This document shows positions 8,353-19,145 of a stretch of DNA of 64,000 bases, piece by piece (position 1 is the first letter of the stretch; each line of letters opens with the position of its first letter). The notes under the pieces are model-generated. The model worked only from the letters and a program-made list of their open reading frames with translations, did no database searches and was not told the DNA's origin. Location: the IMG/VR virus record IMGVR_UViG_3300009503_000028; one strand, given 5' to 3'. This DNA is from an uncultured virus (IMG/VR IMGVR_UViG_3300009503_000028). Lineage: Duplodnaviria > Heunggongvirae > Uroviricota > Caudoviricetes. The position numbers and the translations under genes were made by a program.

Positions 8353-11351
8353 GTACTCCAATAAACATTGCTATTACTTTGACACTTACTCCTCCAGAGA
8401 ATCTTGCACAGGTTACTCAACAGTTTACTGATTTAGCTAATGCAATAGAGAAGATAAGAGGAGTCCAGATACCAAGTGATGTAGTTTCTTCGTTGAGAGA
8501 AGCACAGACTGGAGCAACAGATGTAACTAGAGCATTTAGAGGTATAACACTTGAAGAGTTTGCTAGACAGATTCCTACACTCCAGAACCTTAAAGAAGTT
8601 ACTGATGAACAAGCTAGGACTCTAGCTAAACTTTATGTCCAGAACCAACTGGCAGGAGGAGGAATGGAAGATCTTGCAAAGAAAGCTGCAGAAGCAGCAA
8701 GTGAACTTGGTGTTAATGAAGATACAGCTAGGAAATGGGGAAGTACTCTTGGAAGTGCAGTACCTTATGTTAGACTTGTTGGAGCATCCAATACTGACCT
8801 TATAGCAACATTTGGTGGAACAAATGCAGCTTTGAGAACAGCTATGTCCCACTTCTCTCAGTTACCTGAGACTATTGGTCTTCCTACTGAAGCTATTGGA
8901 AAGCTAGCTCAAGCTTCTCTTGAACTCCAGACCAGAGGAGACTCAGCATGGAGTAGTGTAGAAAATACTATCAGTGAAGTTGCAAACTCAACTGGGAGAT
9001 CTGGAGAAGAAATAAGGACAGCATTTGAGGCAATCAATGACACTATGAAAGAATCTCCACAGTATGCTAATCTCTTTTCAAGAGGATTGGAAGAAATCCA
9101 TTCTCAAATGGTTAGGACTTCACCAGAATACCTCAGGTATAGGGACTACATTAGGTCCTATCAGGCTATACTTGGTCCTCTAGGTTATGCTTTTACTCAG
9201 GTAGGATACCAGGCTTACTGGTTGGGAATTGGAGCAATGTTCTATGCTATGTCTATCAAAAGACAGGAAGCTGCTGCAGCATCACTCCAGTCCCAGATGT
9301 TGCAAGTAGTTTCAGCACATGAAAGAGTTAAAGATTCTCAGGAAGCAATGCAGAGAGCACTAGTCCAGTATGGACCAAACTCAGAACAGGCTAGGAAAGC
9401 AGCATACAATTATGTTATGGCTCAGAAACAGGTCGAACTAGAAGAGAAGCAAGTTGTAGCTGCAGCAATGCAACAGAAGGCTGCTGAACTAATGACTTAT
9501 GCTACTCTAGTTCCACTCTTCATCAATGCTGCTACTTTTGGAATGAGGTTAGCTGCAGTTATAGCTCAGATGGCAGGATATCAGGTTGGGAGTATACCTG
9601 CTGCTTTAGGATATGCTGGAGCAAACACAGCAGTAGCTGGAGCACAGATGGAAGCTGGAGCAGCTACTGGTTTCCATGCTGCAATGGTTAATTTCCTTAA
9701 GAACTCATGGATACCACTTATTGGAATAGCAGCTGGTGTTGTAGCTGCTCTTGCAACTATGGCTATAATGAACCAACAGATGGCTCAAGCTGAAGCAGCT
9801 GCTAGGAGAGAAATAGAAGAGATGAATGGATCTATACAGCAACAGGTCTATCACTTGACTGGACATAGTTTGTATGATTCTTTACTTCTAACTACTCAAG
9901 CTCTACAAAGGTTCAGATCATCCCTGGAGGAACTCCCTACTAGAGCAATAGAGATACCAATTAGAGTCCAAACTCCAGAAATACCTGAAGCAAGAGTTGA
10001 GAGAGTTACTGTTCCAGTCCAAGCTCAAGAAGTTACTGTTAGACCTAGAGTTGAGATGCCAAGATTTGAAGTCCCCCAGATAACAGCTGAAGTGAGTGTG
10101 CAAACTTTGCCACTTCCTAGAATTGAAGCTCCTAAAGTAGTTGGCACTTTAGAATTTCAAGTACCAAAGATTCCTGAAGTTGAAATTCCAAGAGTCCAGG
10201 TCCCAGTTGGAGAGATACCAGAAAAGACTATCCAATTGAAATACAAAGTCCAGAGACCAGAACTTAACCTTCCAACATCTGTCCAAGTCCAGATACAATA
10301 TCTTGAAGCTAGAGCACATCAAGAGATCCAACAGTTGGAACAGAAGATAGTCCAGAAAGTAATTAGAGCAGAGATACCTTCTGTCCAAGATCAAATTCAG
10401 AACATTAAACAGAGACTTGTTCCCGTTGAAGTACCAAATGTTCCTAATGTAGAACAGACTATTTCTCAGAGACTAATTCCAGTAACTATTCCTCAGATTA
10501 GACCAATAGAACAGAACATTGTCCAAAGACTTCAAGGAGTAAGGATTCCTCAAGTCCCTAAGCAGATACAGAATATTGAACAGAGAATAGTCCAAGCTAG
10601 GATTCAAGCAGTTCCAAATGTTTCTCAATTAGTTATTCAAAGATTAGTTCCTATAAGGATTCCAACCTATCCAGAAAGTACCCAAGTTGTCAGGCAACAA
10701 CTTATGGCAGTTAGGATCCCTCAAGTAACTTCTCAGATTCAGAATATTCAGCAAAGATTTCAGCAAGTTAGGATCCCAGAAGTTAGACCTATTACTCAAA
10801 ACATAGTCCAAAGACTAGTAAGTGCAAGAGTTCCAGAAGTTAGAAGCTATGAACAGACTTCAAGGCTTAACCTAGTTCCTAGTGTAGGAAGATTTGAAGT
10901 TCCTCGTAGAATCTTAGAATTAATTCCTAGAGTTGGAGAAATAGTTCTAACTCCCAGGACCTTAACTGTAAATCCTCAAGTCCAAGAGTTCCAACTTTCA
11001 TCTAAGAATGTTCAAGTACTTCCTATAGTTTCTCAACCAAGATTCAGAGGAGCATCTGTACAAGTTACTCCACTTCTAACCCAGACAAGGTTCACATTTC
11101 CAAGACATACACTTTCAGTTTCTCCTCTTCTAGTTGGACAACCAATTGTTAGACCTAGGATACAGACAACTAGTTTGGAAGGACTTGGACTTCCAGTATC
11201 TCTTAGGACAACAAGAGGTCAGGTTTTCTTTGTAAACATCCAGTTCCCAAATATGGTAGTCAGAGGAACTAATGACATAAATCTTATAGCTCAAGCAGTA
11301 GAGAAGGTTATAGTCAAACAGTCAACTCTAACTGGGATGAGATATGCCTGA
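8349..11351 (+). CDS. Tape measure protein with a Pro/Val/Gln-rich repeat C-terminal half
   Basis: 1000 aa; Ala-rich helical N-half with hydrophobic segments; follows the chaperone genes. Confidence 0.8.
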   Translation: MSTPINIAITLTLTPPENLAQVTQQFTDLANAIEKIRGVQIPSDVVSSLREAQTGATDVTRAFRGITLEEFARQIPTLQNLKEVTDEQARTLAKLYVQNQLAGGGMEDLAKKAAEAASELGVNEDTARKWGSTLGSAVPYVRLVGASNTDLIATFGGTNAALRTAMSHFSQLPETIGLPTEAIGKLAQASLELQTRGDSAWSSVENTISEVANSTGRSGEEIRTAFEAINDTMKESPQYANLFSRGLEEIHSQMVRTSPEYLRYRDYIRSYQAILGPLGYAFTQVGYQAYWLGIGAMFYAMSIKRQEAAAASLQSQMLQVVSAHERVKDSQEAMQRALVQYGPNSEQARKAAYNYVMAQKQVELEEKQVVAAAMQQKAAELMTYATLVPLFINAATFGMRLAAVIAQMAGYQVGSIPAALGYAGANTAVAGAQMEAGAATGFHAAMVNFLKNSWIPLIGIAAGVVAALATMAIMNQQMAQAEAAARREIEEMNGSIQQQVYHLTGHSLYDSLLLTTQALQRFRSSLEELPTRAIEIPIRVQTPEIPEARVERVTVPVQAQEVTVRPRVEMPRFEVPQITAEVSVQTLPLPRIEAPKVVGTLEFQVPKIPEVEIPRVQVPVGEIPEKTIQLKYKVQRPELNLPTSVQVQIQYLEARAHQEIQQLEQKIVQKVIRAEIPSVQDQIQNIKQRLVPVEVPNVPNVEQTISQRLIPVTIPQIRPIEQNIVQRLQGVRIPQVPKQIQNIEQRIVQARIQAVPNVSQLVIQRLVPIRIPTYPESTQVVRQQLMAVRIPQVTSQIQNIQQRFQQVRIPEVRPITQNIVQRLVSARVPEVRSYEQTSRLNLVPSVGRFEVPRRILELIPRVGEIVLTPRTLTVNPQVQEFQLSSKNVQVLPIVSQPRFRGASVQVTPLLTQTRFTFPRHTLSVSPLLVGQPIVRPRIQTTSLEGLGLPVSLRTTRGQVFFVNIQFPNMVVRGTNDINLIAQAVEKVIVKQSTLTGMRYA

Positions 11352-14300
11352 CATACCCAAAGGATACTTGAGAATAGCAGGATATCCAGTTGATAGTGGA
11401 AACTGGACTAGTAGAGTTGATGTCTGGGGTAATGAAGCAGTCTTAAAGTCTAGTTCAAGTATTCCAGTTACATTGAACCAGGTAGTTACAGTAGATTATG
11501 TGTCTGGAGGAAATATCACTACTCTAGTTTCTAATGGTATAGTCAATAGGATAGAGGCTAGAGAAGAAGGATTTGAAAAGACATACGAGTATACTGTATG
11601 GGGAAAAGAATATGTTGGAAAGTATAGACTGTCATCTGAAACTGGAACTATCCAACCTGCTACTCTCAAGTTGCAGAACTACATGACAGCAATTGGTCTA
11701 ACTCCAACCTTCTACAATCTTTCTGGAGTGACACTTGCACCAAATGAGATGGCAAATCAGTATATTTCTGATATTGTTGATGAGATATGTAAACCAGCAA
11801 CTATACACTACTACTTCAAGACAGATGGTAGTCCAGTTTTCTTCGTAGGAACAATATCTACTGTTAGTATTTCAACTCAATTGACTGAGAAAGAAAGGAA
11901 TGAAGATTTAAGTAAGGTATACAACCAAATCCTAATAGATACCAACTACCATCCTGTTAATGAAAACTTTGATTTATTTACTGATACTGTTTCTGGAAAT
12001 TTCAGGTGGAAAATACCAACAATGTGGACTAGCTGGTATTCTCTTTCTAGTGACACAATTACAAAACTGATTGGTAGCATCTCTCTCAAAGCTTCTAGCA
12101 TTGAAGCTCGAGTTACACATAATCCAACACTCAGAAGGGCAGGAGTTTTAGGATTTGATTCATGTGACTTAGGAGCTTTCGTTAGGATTCCAACGTCTTC
12201 TACTCTGACAGCTTCTTCTTTTACTGGTTTCTTTGTAGCTATAGGAAGTTCTCTGAACCCAGGAAGTTCACAAGGTATATCTTCTGTAGATTTGAGAGTT
12301 AGAATACTTCTTGGTCCAGATTCTCTAGAAACACCAGATGAAGATAAGAGATATCTTGCAACAGAAGTCCACATAACAGCCAATACATTTCTAACATGGA
12401 ATAGCATTAGTTTAGACAAAGAAGCTTTTATTACTAAAAATAAGATCAAAACAGAAGAAATGTCTAGCACTACTCTAAGTTATCTACATTTCCAGATTGA
12501 AAGTTCTACAATATGGACAGCAGTTCTAAATCATACAACTGAAAAGTTCACATTTTGGTTTGACCAAGGATACCTTACAGAATATGCTTCTACATTAATT
12601 GTAGATTTAGATTCACAGAGCAAGTATGGTATCAGAGAACTTGCTCCAGAAGAGTTAGGTTCTGAGCCAGCTTCTGCAAAGAGTTATAATGATTTGGTAG
12701 CTAAAGGTAGAAGTCTCCTAACACCTAAACCAGAACAGTTCTATTCAAGAGTTGAAGTCCCAGCTACTCTGAGTCTTCTTACACTTGGGAATGCTTACAC
12801 TCTGAGCTACGGAAGTACTCTCATAACAGGAATGGTGACTGAAATCCAACTTGATGTCCCAGAGGATGAAATGCCATCCTGGATCTATACTTTCTCATCA
12901 AGTCCAGAATATCCATCCAGGACTAAGCTATATAAGAAACTTGAAAGGTTAGATACCGAAGTTAGATATCTCTTGAATACTTCTCCTTCAGCAAGAATGC
13001 CATCTGAAGCTAGGATCATTCCCTATATTGTAGCTGGAGTTGTTTCGACAGATTCTAGTTACATCAATGCAGGATACATCTACACTTTCCAAGCTAACCA
13101 GATCGAACAGATTGGAACTATTGGAACAATAGGGAATATTGGATCCTTCAATGCTGACTACATTGGGAACATTAGCCAGATAGGGACTATAGGTAACATT
13201 TCAACAATGAATGTATATAGTATTGGAAGTATTGGATTAATCAATACAATAGGTCAAGCTAACTTTGGATATGTTGGAAACATTGGAAGTATAGGGTACA
13301 TAGGTAGCATTGATAGAATGAGTGTCAATAGAATAGACAACATCAATAGTATTTCTAATATTACATATGCTGCTATAGTCGAAGCTAATGTTCAGAACAT
13401 TGGTAATGTACAGAACATGACTGCTGCATACATTAATGTTACAAACATGGCTACTCTTGTTTCTGCAACCATAACTAATGCTTATGTTACTAATATTAGT
13501 AATATCAATACTTTGAATGCTAGCAATCTATACGTTTCAAATATTGGTTCAATAAACACAGCATACATTACCAATGCTAATATAACTAACATTAGTTCTC
13601 TATCTTCAGCAAGTATAGGGACAGCATATATATCAGTTATCCAGAATGTTGCTACTCTAGTAGCTACTACTGCTAATATTACTCATATAGGAAATGTCTC
13701 AGACTTAACTGCTACTCAGGCAAACATTACAAACATATCTGGTGTTACAAACTTAACTGCTACTACAGCTAATGTTACAAACATAATTGCTTCTTCAGCA
13801 ACTATAACTTCTTCAACAATTGGAAATGTTATAGCAACTAATGCCCAATTGAGTGGTTCAATTAAGACAGATAAGATAGTTGCTTTGACTACTCAGATAA
13901 CTATTGGAAGTTCTGGTCAGCAGGTATACATTCCAGTCCCTTCAACTATAATCAATTTGTATGGTACTTCTATCCATATGTCCTGGGGAACAGTTGACAC
14001 TGTTCTAATTGGAACTATTTCAGCTAATAGCATCAATTTCAACATTGGAACTGTCCAGACATTCTATATTGGAAGTGCCTCTGCTTCTGTTATGAACTTC
14101 AATATTGGAACAATAAGTAATGTCAATATTACTGGAGTAGCTTCTGGGAACCAGATGTCTTTCTCTTCTGCTACAATAGGAAACATCAATATCTCAAGTA
14201 TAGGAGTAATCCAAACACTTTCTGTTACTTCAGGGACTCTTGGGCAGCTAAATGTTACTGGTATAGGTCATATTTCAATATTTGATTTAGACGCTGGAAC

Positions 14301-16278
14301 TATAGATTCAGCTCTCATTACTGTTGGAACCTTGAGCAATGCTACTATAACATTTGAGAAAGTTGGAAGTTCTTACATTTCAATCAGTACAATAGATTCT
14401 TGCACTATAACGTTTGGAACGATAAGTAGTTTGTTTGCAGTTTCTGAGAATGTTAGCACTTTATCTATTACTTCTTATGGAAGTATTGCATTTGCAACTA
14501 TTTCTGCTGCTGGAATAGGTGGGCTGTGTGTATCTTCTGGAACTCTTGTCTCTTGTACTATAACAAGTGGACAGATAGGAGCTCTTTCAATTACTTCTTC
14601 AACTATAAACCAGCTTGAAATAACAACTCCTCTAATAGGTCAAGGAGTCATTAGAGCTGACAACATGATATTCTTGCCTTACAACTGGATACCAAATCCA
14701 AGCTTTGAAGTTGTTGATTCTTCTGGAATTTTAGTTGATTGGAGAGGAGTAACTAGAGTGTCAGGAGGGAAAAACAGTAACTATTCAGGAGCAGTCGCTT
14801 CTGGCTCTTTTGCTTGGGCAAATGCTACTATTAGAACAGAAGGAAATGAAATTTGGAGATACAAAGGATATTCCAAATCTCAAACTACTCATTATTTTGT
14901 TTTAAAGATCTTAGATTCTGATTACAATCCGATTTCTACTCTTTTCTATCCTTTAAGTTCTTCAACAGACTTTGCAGAAAGAACTTGGCAAGCTTATATT
15001 TCCACTGGAGCATACTGGATGGTCCCAGGTTTATATTCTCTTGGAACTTTCGATCTACTTTCATTAAGTAAAGATGTTGGCGCAATAAACATTGGAGATG
15101 GACAGATAACTGCTCAAAAGATTGCTGCTGATGCAGTTACAACTTCAGCTATTCATTTTGATCCATTGGGTAGTGATCCTAGTGATAAAGTATTGACATT
15201 ATGGTATAATACAATTGCTGACCAACTAAGATTTGGAGATGCTTTTGGGAATGTTGGATATATAAAGAGATATCCAATAACAGAATACAGTAGTCCACCA
15301 GAAAATCTTCTACCAAACCAATGCTTTGAAACGGATTTAGATGGAGATGGAATACCAGATTTCTGGTCATTTGGGTGGGAGTCTGGAGGTTCTGGAAATC
15401 GTGGCTTGACGACTGGTGCTTTTAAAGGAGCAAACTGTTTTTACATAACTAATACTGCCTCAGCTGGTTCTGGAGTTCTACGTTCATCTTACATTCCAGT
15501 TGTTGGTTCAAGGAAGTATCTTCTCAGTGGTGCTGTGAAGCTTTCCTCAGGTTCATACAGCAAGAGTTGGTTGTTTGTTGAATGGTTTGATAGTAGTAAA
15601 GCATATATTAGTTCTTCAGTCATTACAGCAACTGTAGGGACATCTTGGAGTATTCTGAGTGGAGTATTTGAAGCTCCTTCGAGTGCTAGGTATGCAAAAG
15701 TTGGATGCCATTCAAGAGATTATTACAATTCAGTTTATTTTGATGAATTAACATTCAGTGAAATGAGAGCTTATTTCAATCCTCAGAAAAATTATATTTT
15801 TCCACCATTTGCTGAAGCAGATAGGTCCTACGAAGGGATAGCACAGTATTATGCACATGCAACTTATATCAAGGTCGAGAGGACTGTGAGAGTAAGTGGA
15901 ATTCGAGAAGATCAGTATAGTACAGGTGGAGTCACAGGACAATATATTGGAATCTATGCAGATGACGGTACTGGTTATCCAGGCAAGAGATTGTGGAGCT
16001 ATGGTCCATTTACTTGGAATGGTGGTTGGCAAGAATTTACTATAGATCCTCCATTGACATTAGAACCGGGTATCTATTGGCTAGTTCACTATAATTCGAA
16101 TGCAGTAACAAATAACATAATGAGAGCTGTTAAGTTTTTGCCATTGTTCAGTACATCAACTGCTCAGCTTGTTGGTGGGTGGAGTGTATATACTACAAGT
16201 GGATTGACAGATCCATTTCCATCTGGAGGAGCTGTTAGACAATCAGTACATGAGATTGGTTTAGTGATTGCTAGCTGA
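11344..16278 (+). CDS. Large tail tip / central fibre adhesin (hub-like N-terminus, beta-solenoid repeats, two carbohydrate-binding-like domains)
   Basis: VYNQI and SQSKYGIRE hub-type motifs; long IGxIGxI and AxITNI repeats; NWIPNPSFE and NLLPNQCFE starts typical of CBM4/9-like domains. Confidence 0.75.
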   Translation: MPDIPKGYLRIAGYPVDSGNWTSRVDVWGNEAVLKSSSSIPVTLNQVVTVDYVSGGNITTLVSNGIVNRIEAREEGFEKTYEYTVWGKEYVGKYRLSSETGTIQPATLKLQNYMTAIGLTPTFYNLSGVTLAPNEMANQYISDIVDEICKPATIHYYFKTDGSPVFFVGTISTVSISTQLTEKERNEDLSKVYNQILIDTNYHPVNENFDLFTDTVSGNFRWKIPTMWTSWYSLSSDTITKLIGSISLKASSIEARVTHNPTLRRAGVLGFDSCDLGAFVRIPTSSTLTASSFTGFFVAIGSSLNPGSSQGISSVDLRVRILLGPDSLETPDEDKRYLATEVHITANTFLTWNSISLDKEAFITKNKIKTEEMSSTTLSYLHFQIESSTIWTAVLNHTTEKFTFWFDQGYLTEYASTLIVDLDSQSKYGIRELAPEELGSEPASAKSYNDLVAKGRSLLTPKPEQFYSRVEVPATLSLLTLGNAYTLSYGSTLITGMVTEIQLDVPEDEMPSWIYTFSSSPEYPSRTKLYKKLERLDTEVRYLLNTSPSARMPSEARIIPYIVAGVVSTDSSYINAGYIYTFQANQIEQIGTIGTIGNIGSFNADYIGNISQIGTIGNISTMNVYSIGSIGLINTIGQANFGYVGNIGSIGYIGSIDRMSVNRIDNINSISNITYAAIVEANVQNIGNVQNMTAAYINVTNMATLVSATITNAYVTNISNINTLNASNLYVSNIGSINTAYITNANITNISSLSSASIGTAYISVIQNVATLVATTANITHIGNVSDLTATQANITNISGVTNLTATTANVTNIIASSATITSSTIGNVIATNAQLSGSIKTDKIVALTTQITIGSSGQQVYIPVPSTIINLYGTSIHMSWGTVDTVLIGTISANSINFNIGTVQTFYIGSASASVMNFNIGTISNVNITGVASGNQMSFSSATIGNINISSIGVIQTLSVTSGTLGQLNVTGIGHISIFDLDAGTIDSALITVGTLSNATITFEKVGSSYISISTIDSCTITFGTISSLFAVSENVSTLSITSYGSIAFATISAAGIGGLCVSSGTLVSCTITSGQIGALSITSSTINQLEITTPLIGQGVIRADNMIFLPYNWIPNPSFEVVDSSGILVDWRGVTRVSGGKNSNYSGAVASGSFAWANATIRTEGNEIWRYKGYSKSQTTHYFVLKILDSDYNPISTLFYPLSSSTDFAERTWQAYISTGAYWMVPGLYSLGTFDLLSLSKDVGAINIGDGQITAQKIAADAVTTSAIHFDPLGSDPSDKVLTLWYNTIADQLRFGDAFGNVGYIKRYPITEYSSPPENLLPNQCFETDLDGDGIPDFWSFGWESGGSGNRGLTTGAFKGANCFYITNTASAGSGVLRSSYIPVVGSRKYLLSGAVKLSSGSYSKSWLFVEWFDSSKAYISSSVITATVGTSWSILSGVFEAPSSARYAKVGCHSRDYYNSVYFDELTFSEMRAYFNPQKNYIFPPFAEADRSYEGIAQYYAHATYIKVERTVRVSGIREDQYSTGGVTGQYIGIYADDGTGYPGKRLWSYGPFTWNGGWQEFTIDPPLTLEPGIYWLVHYNSNAVTNNIMRAVKFLPLFSTSTAQLVGGWSVYTTSGLTDPFPSGGAVRQSVHEIGLVIAS

Positions 16279-16293
16279 TTGTAGTAGAAAGTT

Positions 16294-17556
16294 TCAAATA
16301 ACTTTCCACCATACTTCTCCATGTTCTTTTTCATAATTATATAAACCAAGTTGGAGAGCATCTACAAGGTCATCTCCAGACTTGCTGTTCCAGTTGTACA
16401 TCCTAAGTTCTTGGATTAGGTCCTGATATATCTGTGGAATCTTTACCTTTCTCTGGTGGAATAGTAGTCTCATGTGGGACTGCATCTGAGTCTTCTTATA
16501 TTGGAAAGGAACTGGTTCTACAGCTATCCCCTTAGCTTCAAGTCTCTGGTTCTCTCCAGCATTCTCAGCATCAGCATATACTGTTTCAACATTGAAGTGT
16601 CTACATATCTCTAGTATTTTCTGATGAATGTCTTCAAACTGTTCTCTCCTCCACTGGTCACAGTACAAAACTCTGTAGATATCATTCACTTTCTGAAGTA
16701 TGACAATTGCTGTATAGTGCTCGAACCCCCAATCAAGTCCTGCAACTATCCTATTATTTCCATCTGGTAGGAACTGTTCTACATCCTTTACACAATCTTT
16801 CAAAGCATCAAATTCGACTACTCTTTCAGACTTCAATAGATATGGTTTTCCTTCCCAGAAGACTTGTCTAACTTCTTCTGGAAGACTTTCTGCTTCTTTA
16901 AGTTTCTCAACTGGAATCCTTGGGCAGTCTGATGCTTTCCAGTTGAATCTTTTCCAGTCTGGATATTCTGTAGTATCTTGGAATATGTTTACAAATAGAG
17001 AAGCAGCATCCATAGGTGTTCCACTCAATATAATGATGTCTCTTTTCATTCCACTAGTTATTCGTAATGCATCCTGGATTAGGAAATCTCCAGCTAAGAC
17101 AGCTTCATCAATTAATACTACCTCAGCATGGATCCCTTGTATAGCTTTTAGACTATTAGGTAGTGCCCGAATTTCAGATCCATTTTTGAATTTAGTTATA
17201 GACTGTAAAGGCTCTCCTTCTATTTCATCTTGGATGTACTCATGGTCTAATGCTTCTCGACAATAGTCATATAGATATTTGGCTTGGGACCTACTACCAG
17301 ATATGATAATTACTCTGATGGGATCCTTCTCTATTTTTGAAACTACTATAGAGAGCCACAGAGCTATTACAGCAAGAAGTCTTGTCTTTCCAGTACTGGC
17401 AGCAGCTTGGATGATTATCCTCTTGCTACCAGATTGTATACTCTCTAGTATCTTCTTCTGGTATTCATAAGGTTCAAATTTGAAAATATCTTTGAAGAAC
17501 TGAGATGGAGATTTGTACCACAGAAGGAATGTAGATGCTTTAGCTATTGGATCCAA
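16294..17556 (-). CDS. terL: Terminase large subunit
   Basis: PYEYQ Q-motif, AASTGKT Walker A, VLIDEA Walker B, LSGTP motif III; nuclease domain AGLDWG and DDLVDAL. Confidence 0.92.
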   Translation of the reverse strand: MDPIAKASTFLLWYKSPSQFFKDIFKFEPYEYQKKILESIQSGSKRIIIQAAASTGKTRLLAVIALWLSIVVSKIEKDPIRVIIISGSRSQAKYLYDYCREALDHEYIQDEIEGEPLQSITKFKNGSEIRALPNSLKAIQGIHAEVVLIDEAVLAGDFLIQDALRITSGMKRDIIILSGTPMDAASLFVNIFQDTTEYPDWKRFNWKASDCPRIPVEKLKEAESLPEEVRQVFWEGKPYLLKSERVVEFDALKDCVKDVEQFLPDGNNRIVAGLDWGFEHYTAIVILQKVNDIYRVLYCDQWRREQFEDIHQKILEICRHFNVETVYADAENAGENQRLEAKGIAVEPVPFQYKKTQMQSHMRLLFHQRKVKIPQIYQDLIQELRMYNWNSKSGDDLVDALQLGLYNYEKEHGEVWWKVI

Positions 17557-18070
17557 AACTCTTCCACCTATCTAGAAACTTCTTGACAAGGTCAAGTGGG
17601 AAATCTTTCATACATTCTACAAATCTAGCTTCTAAGTTTGTTGGTTCTTCTTCTTTGAGTTTAAGTTCCTTAGACCATCTTAGAAGTTCTTCAATGATTA
17701 GTCTTGCTTCTTCAATATATTCTAGTAATAGTTTTTCATCCGACTCTTCCATTGGATCTTTCTTAAGTTTCTCAAGCATTTTCTTTCTACATATCTCCAA
17801 AGCTTCAGTAAGTTGTTGAGCTATTAGGACATCTTTCTTGATCTGAGCTTTGATAACTTCATCTCTAAACTTGCTTGATTTTACTGCTTCTTCAATGAAA
17901 GGGAGACAGTGTTTAGTGAAGTGTCTCCTAAATGCTTCCCAGCTTATTATTTCATTGTGTTGAGTAAATGCTATCCTAGATAGCTCCATATATGTCAGAT
18001 GTTCTTGAAGTCTAAGTCTTTCATATTCCACTTTATGAGGAGATACGCACACTTTACATTTAGCACCCAT
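17540..18070 (-). CDS. Putative terminase small subunit (Zn-binding HTH)
   Basis: Overlaps terL start; CKVC...RRHFTKH; start set at the ATG after a GGTGG SD. Confidence 0.65.
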   Translation of the reverse strand: MGAKCKVCVSPHKVEYERLRLQEHLTYMELSRIAFTQHNEIISWEAFRRHFTKHCLPFIEEAVKSSKFRDEVIKAQIKKDVLIAQQLTEALEICRKKMLEKLKKDPMEESDEKLLLEYIEEARLIIEELLRWSKELKLKEEEPTNLEARFVECMKDFPLDLVKKFLDRWKSFGSNS

Positions 18071-18249
18071 TGTTCTTCCACCATCTATGTTCTTGTCCTT
18101 TCCTTCCATATTAAAGTAGTGCCAAGAAGATAGTTCCAAGTGTGTAATATATAGTAATAGAACAGATCGTTCTTTTATTTCTCTTTTAATATCAAGACAT
18201 TTTAATAGTATAAAGCTAAGAGAATAAGACTTAATGGAAATAGAGAATT

Positions 18250-18858
18250 TTAAGCTATTTGTTTAATGTTCAATTCTTTAAAGACTTCATGATATTTGTT
18301 TAATAAGTCTTGTCTTGTCTTGATATTTTTGAGTAGATTATTGTAAAATCTTTTCTTAATTCTGCTTAATTGTCGTTCAATTTGCATGGTTTGAGTTTTG
18401 TCTAACTTAAACGCTGAATTGTGTCGTTTATCTGTTACTAGTAAAATGTTATTTCCATATTTTTGAGTTAAGTATTCATAAGCTATTTTTGTTATTCTTT
18501 TTGTCAATTGAATGTTTGAGTTATAAATCCAGAACAATTCTCTAGTTTTTGGATAAAAGACTAGAGCAAAATTCATATCTTGTTGAGCTTTCCCTTCTAC
18601 CTTTATATATCTTGGATTATTTCCGTTCCTTAAACTTATACTGACATAGCTGAACGGTGAATTGTCAATAAAGACTTTATCTTGATAGCTTATGATATAT
18701 TGATATATCTCATTAAGTCTTTTCTGAATCTTATTTCTCTTAATTTTGTAAGTCTTTAAGTGTTTTGTTCGTGCATGTATCTTTATCATATAGTTTATGT
18801 TTTTTAATTCTTTTTGCAATTGCTCATATTCGTTTACTATTTCTCTTATGTTTTCCAT
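18250..18858 (-). CDS. Basic, AT-rich hypothetical protein transcribed divergently from the early region
   Basis: About 200-codon ORF; minus-strand TATATAAATA box near 18892-18901. Confidence 0.55.
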   Translation of the reverse strand: MENIREIVNEYEQLQKELKNINYMIKIHARTKHLKTYKIKRNKIQKRLNEIYQYIISYQDKVFIDNSPFSYVSISLRNGNNPRYIKVEGKAQQDMNFALVFYPKTRELFWIYNSNIQLTKRITKIAYEYLTQKYGNNILLVTDKRHNSAFKLDKTQTMQIERQLSRIKKRFYNNLLKNIKTRQDLLNKYHEVFKELNIKQIA

Positions 18859-19087
18859 TTTTAATCCCAATATATACCATACTCATAACTTATTTATATA
18901 TCGTATTTTCGAATTATTCGAATTTTTCGTATAGGATTTTATCCTAAAACCTTAAATTCCAATCGTTCAGTTTTCGACTAATGTTGTTTTTCCATAGTTT
19001 TAACGAAATATTTTCGAATCAAATCTTGCCAACATAAGATTCGTTTTTTGGGTTTTTTCGAAAACCTAAAATCTCATTTTACCATTA

Positions 19088-19100
19088 AAAGTTTAAATAT
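19088..19100 (+). promoter_or_regulatory. Archaeal BRE-TATA promoter (early)
   Basis: AAAGTTTAAATAT about 45 nt before ORF 19146; identical 13-mer at 19671. Confidence 0.7.
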
Positions 19101-19145
19101 TCCAATTGCCATAAGTCTTTATGTCGAAAATTGGAGAGATAAAAA

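Noticed and set aside
11344..16278. Diversity-generating retroelement targeting the tail fibre tip
   Set aside because: No reverse transcriptase and no template/variable repeat pair seen in the window
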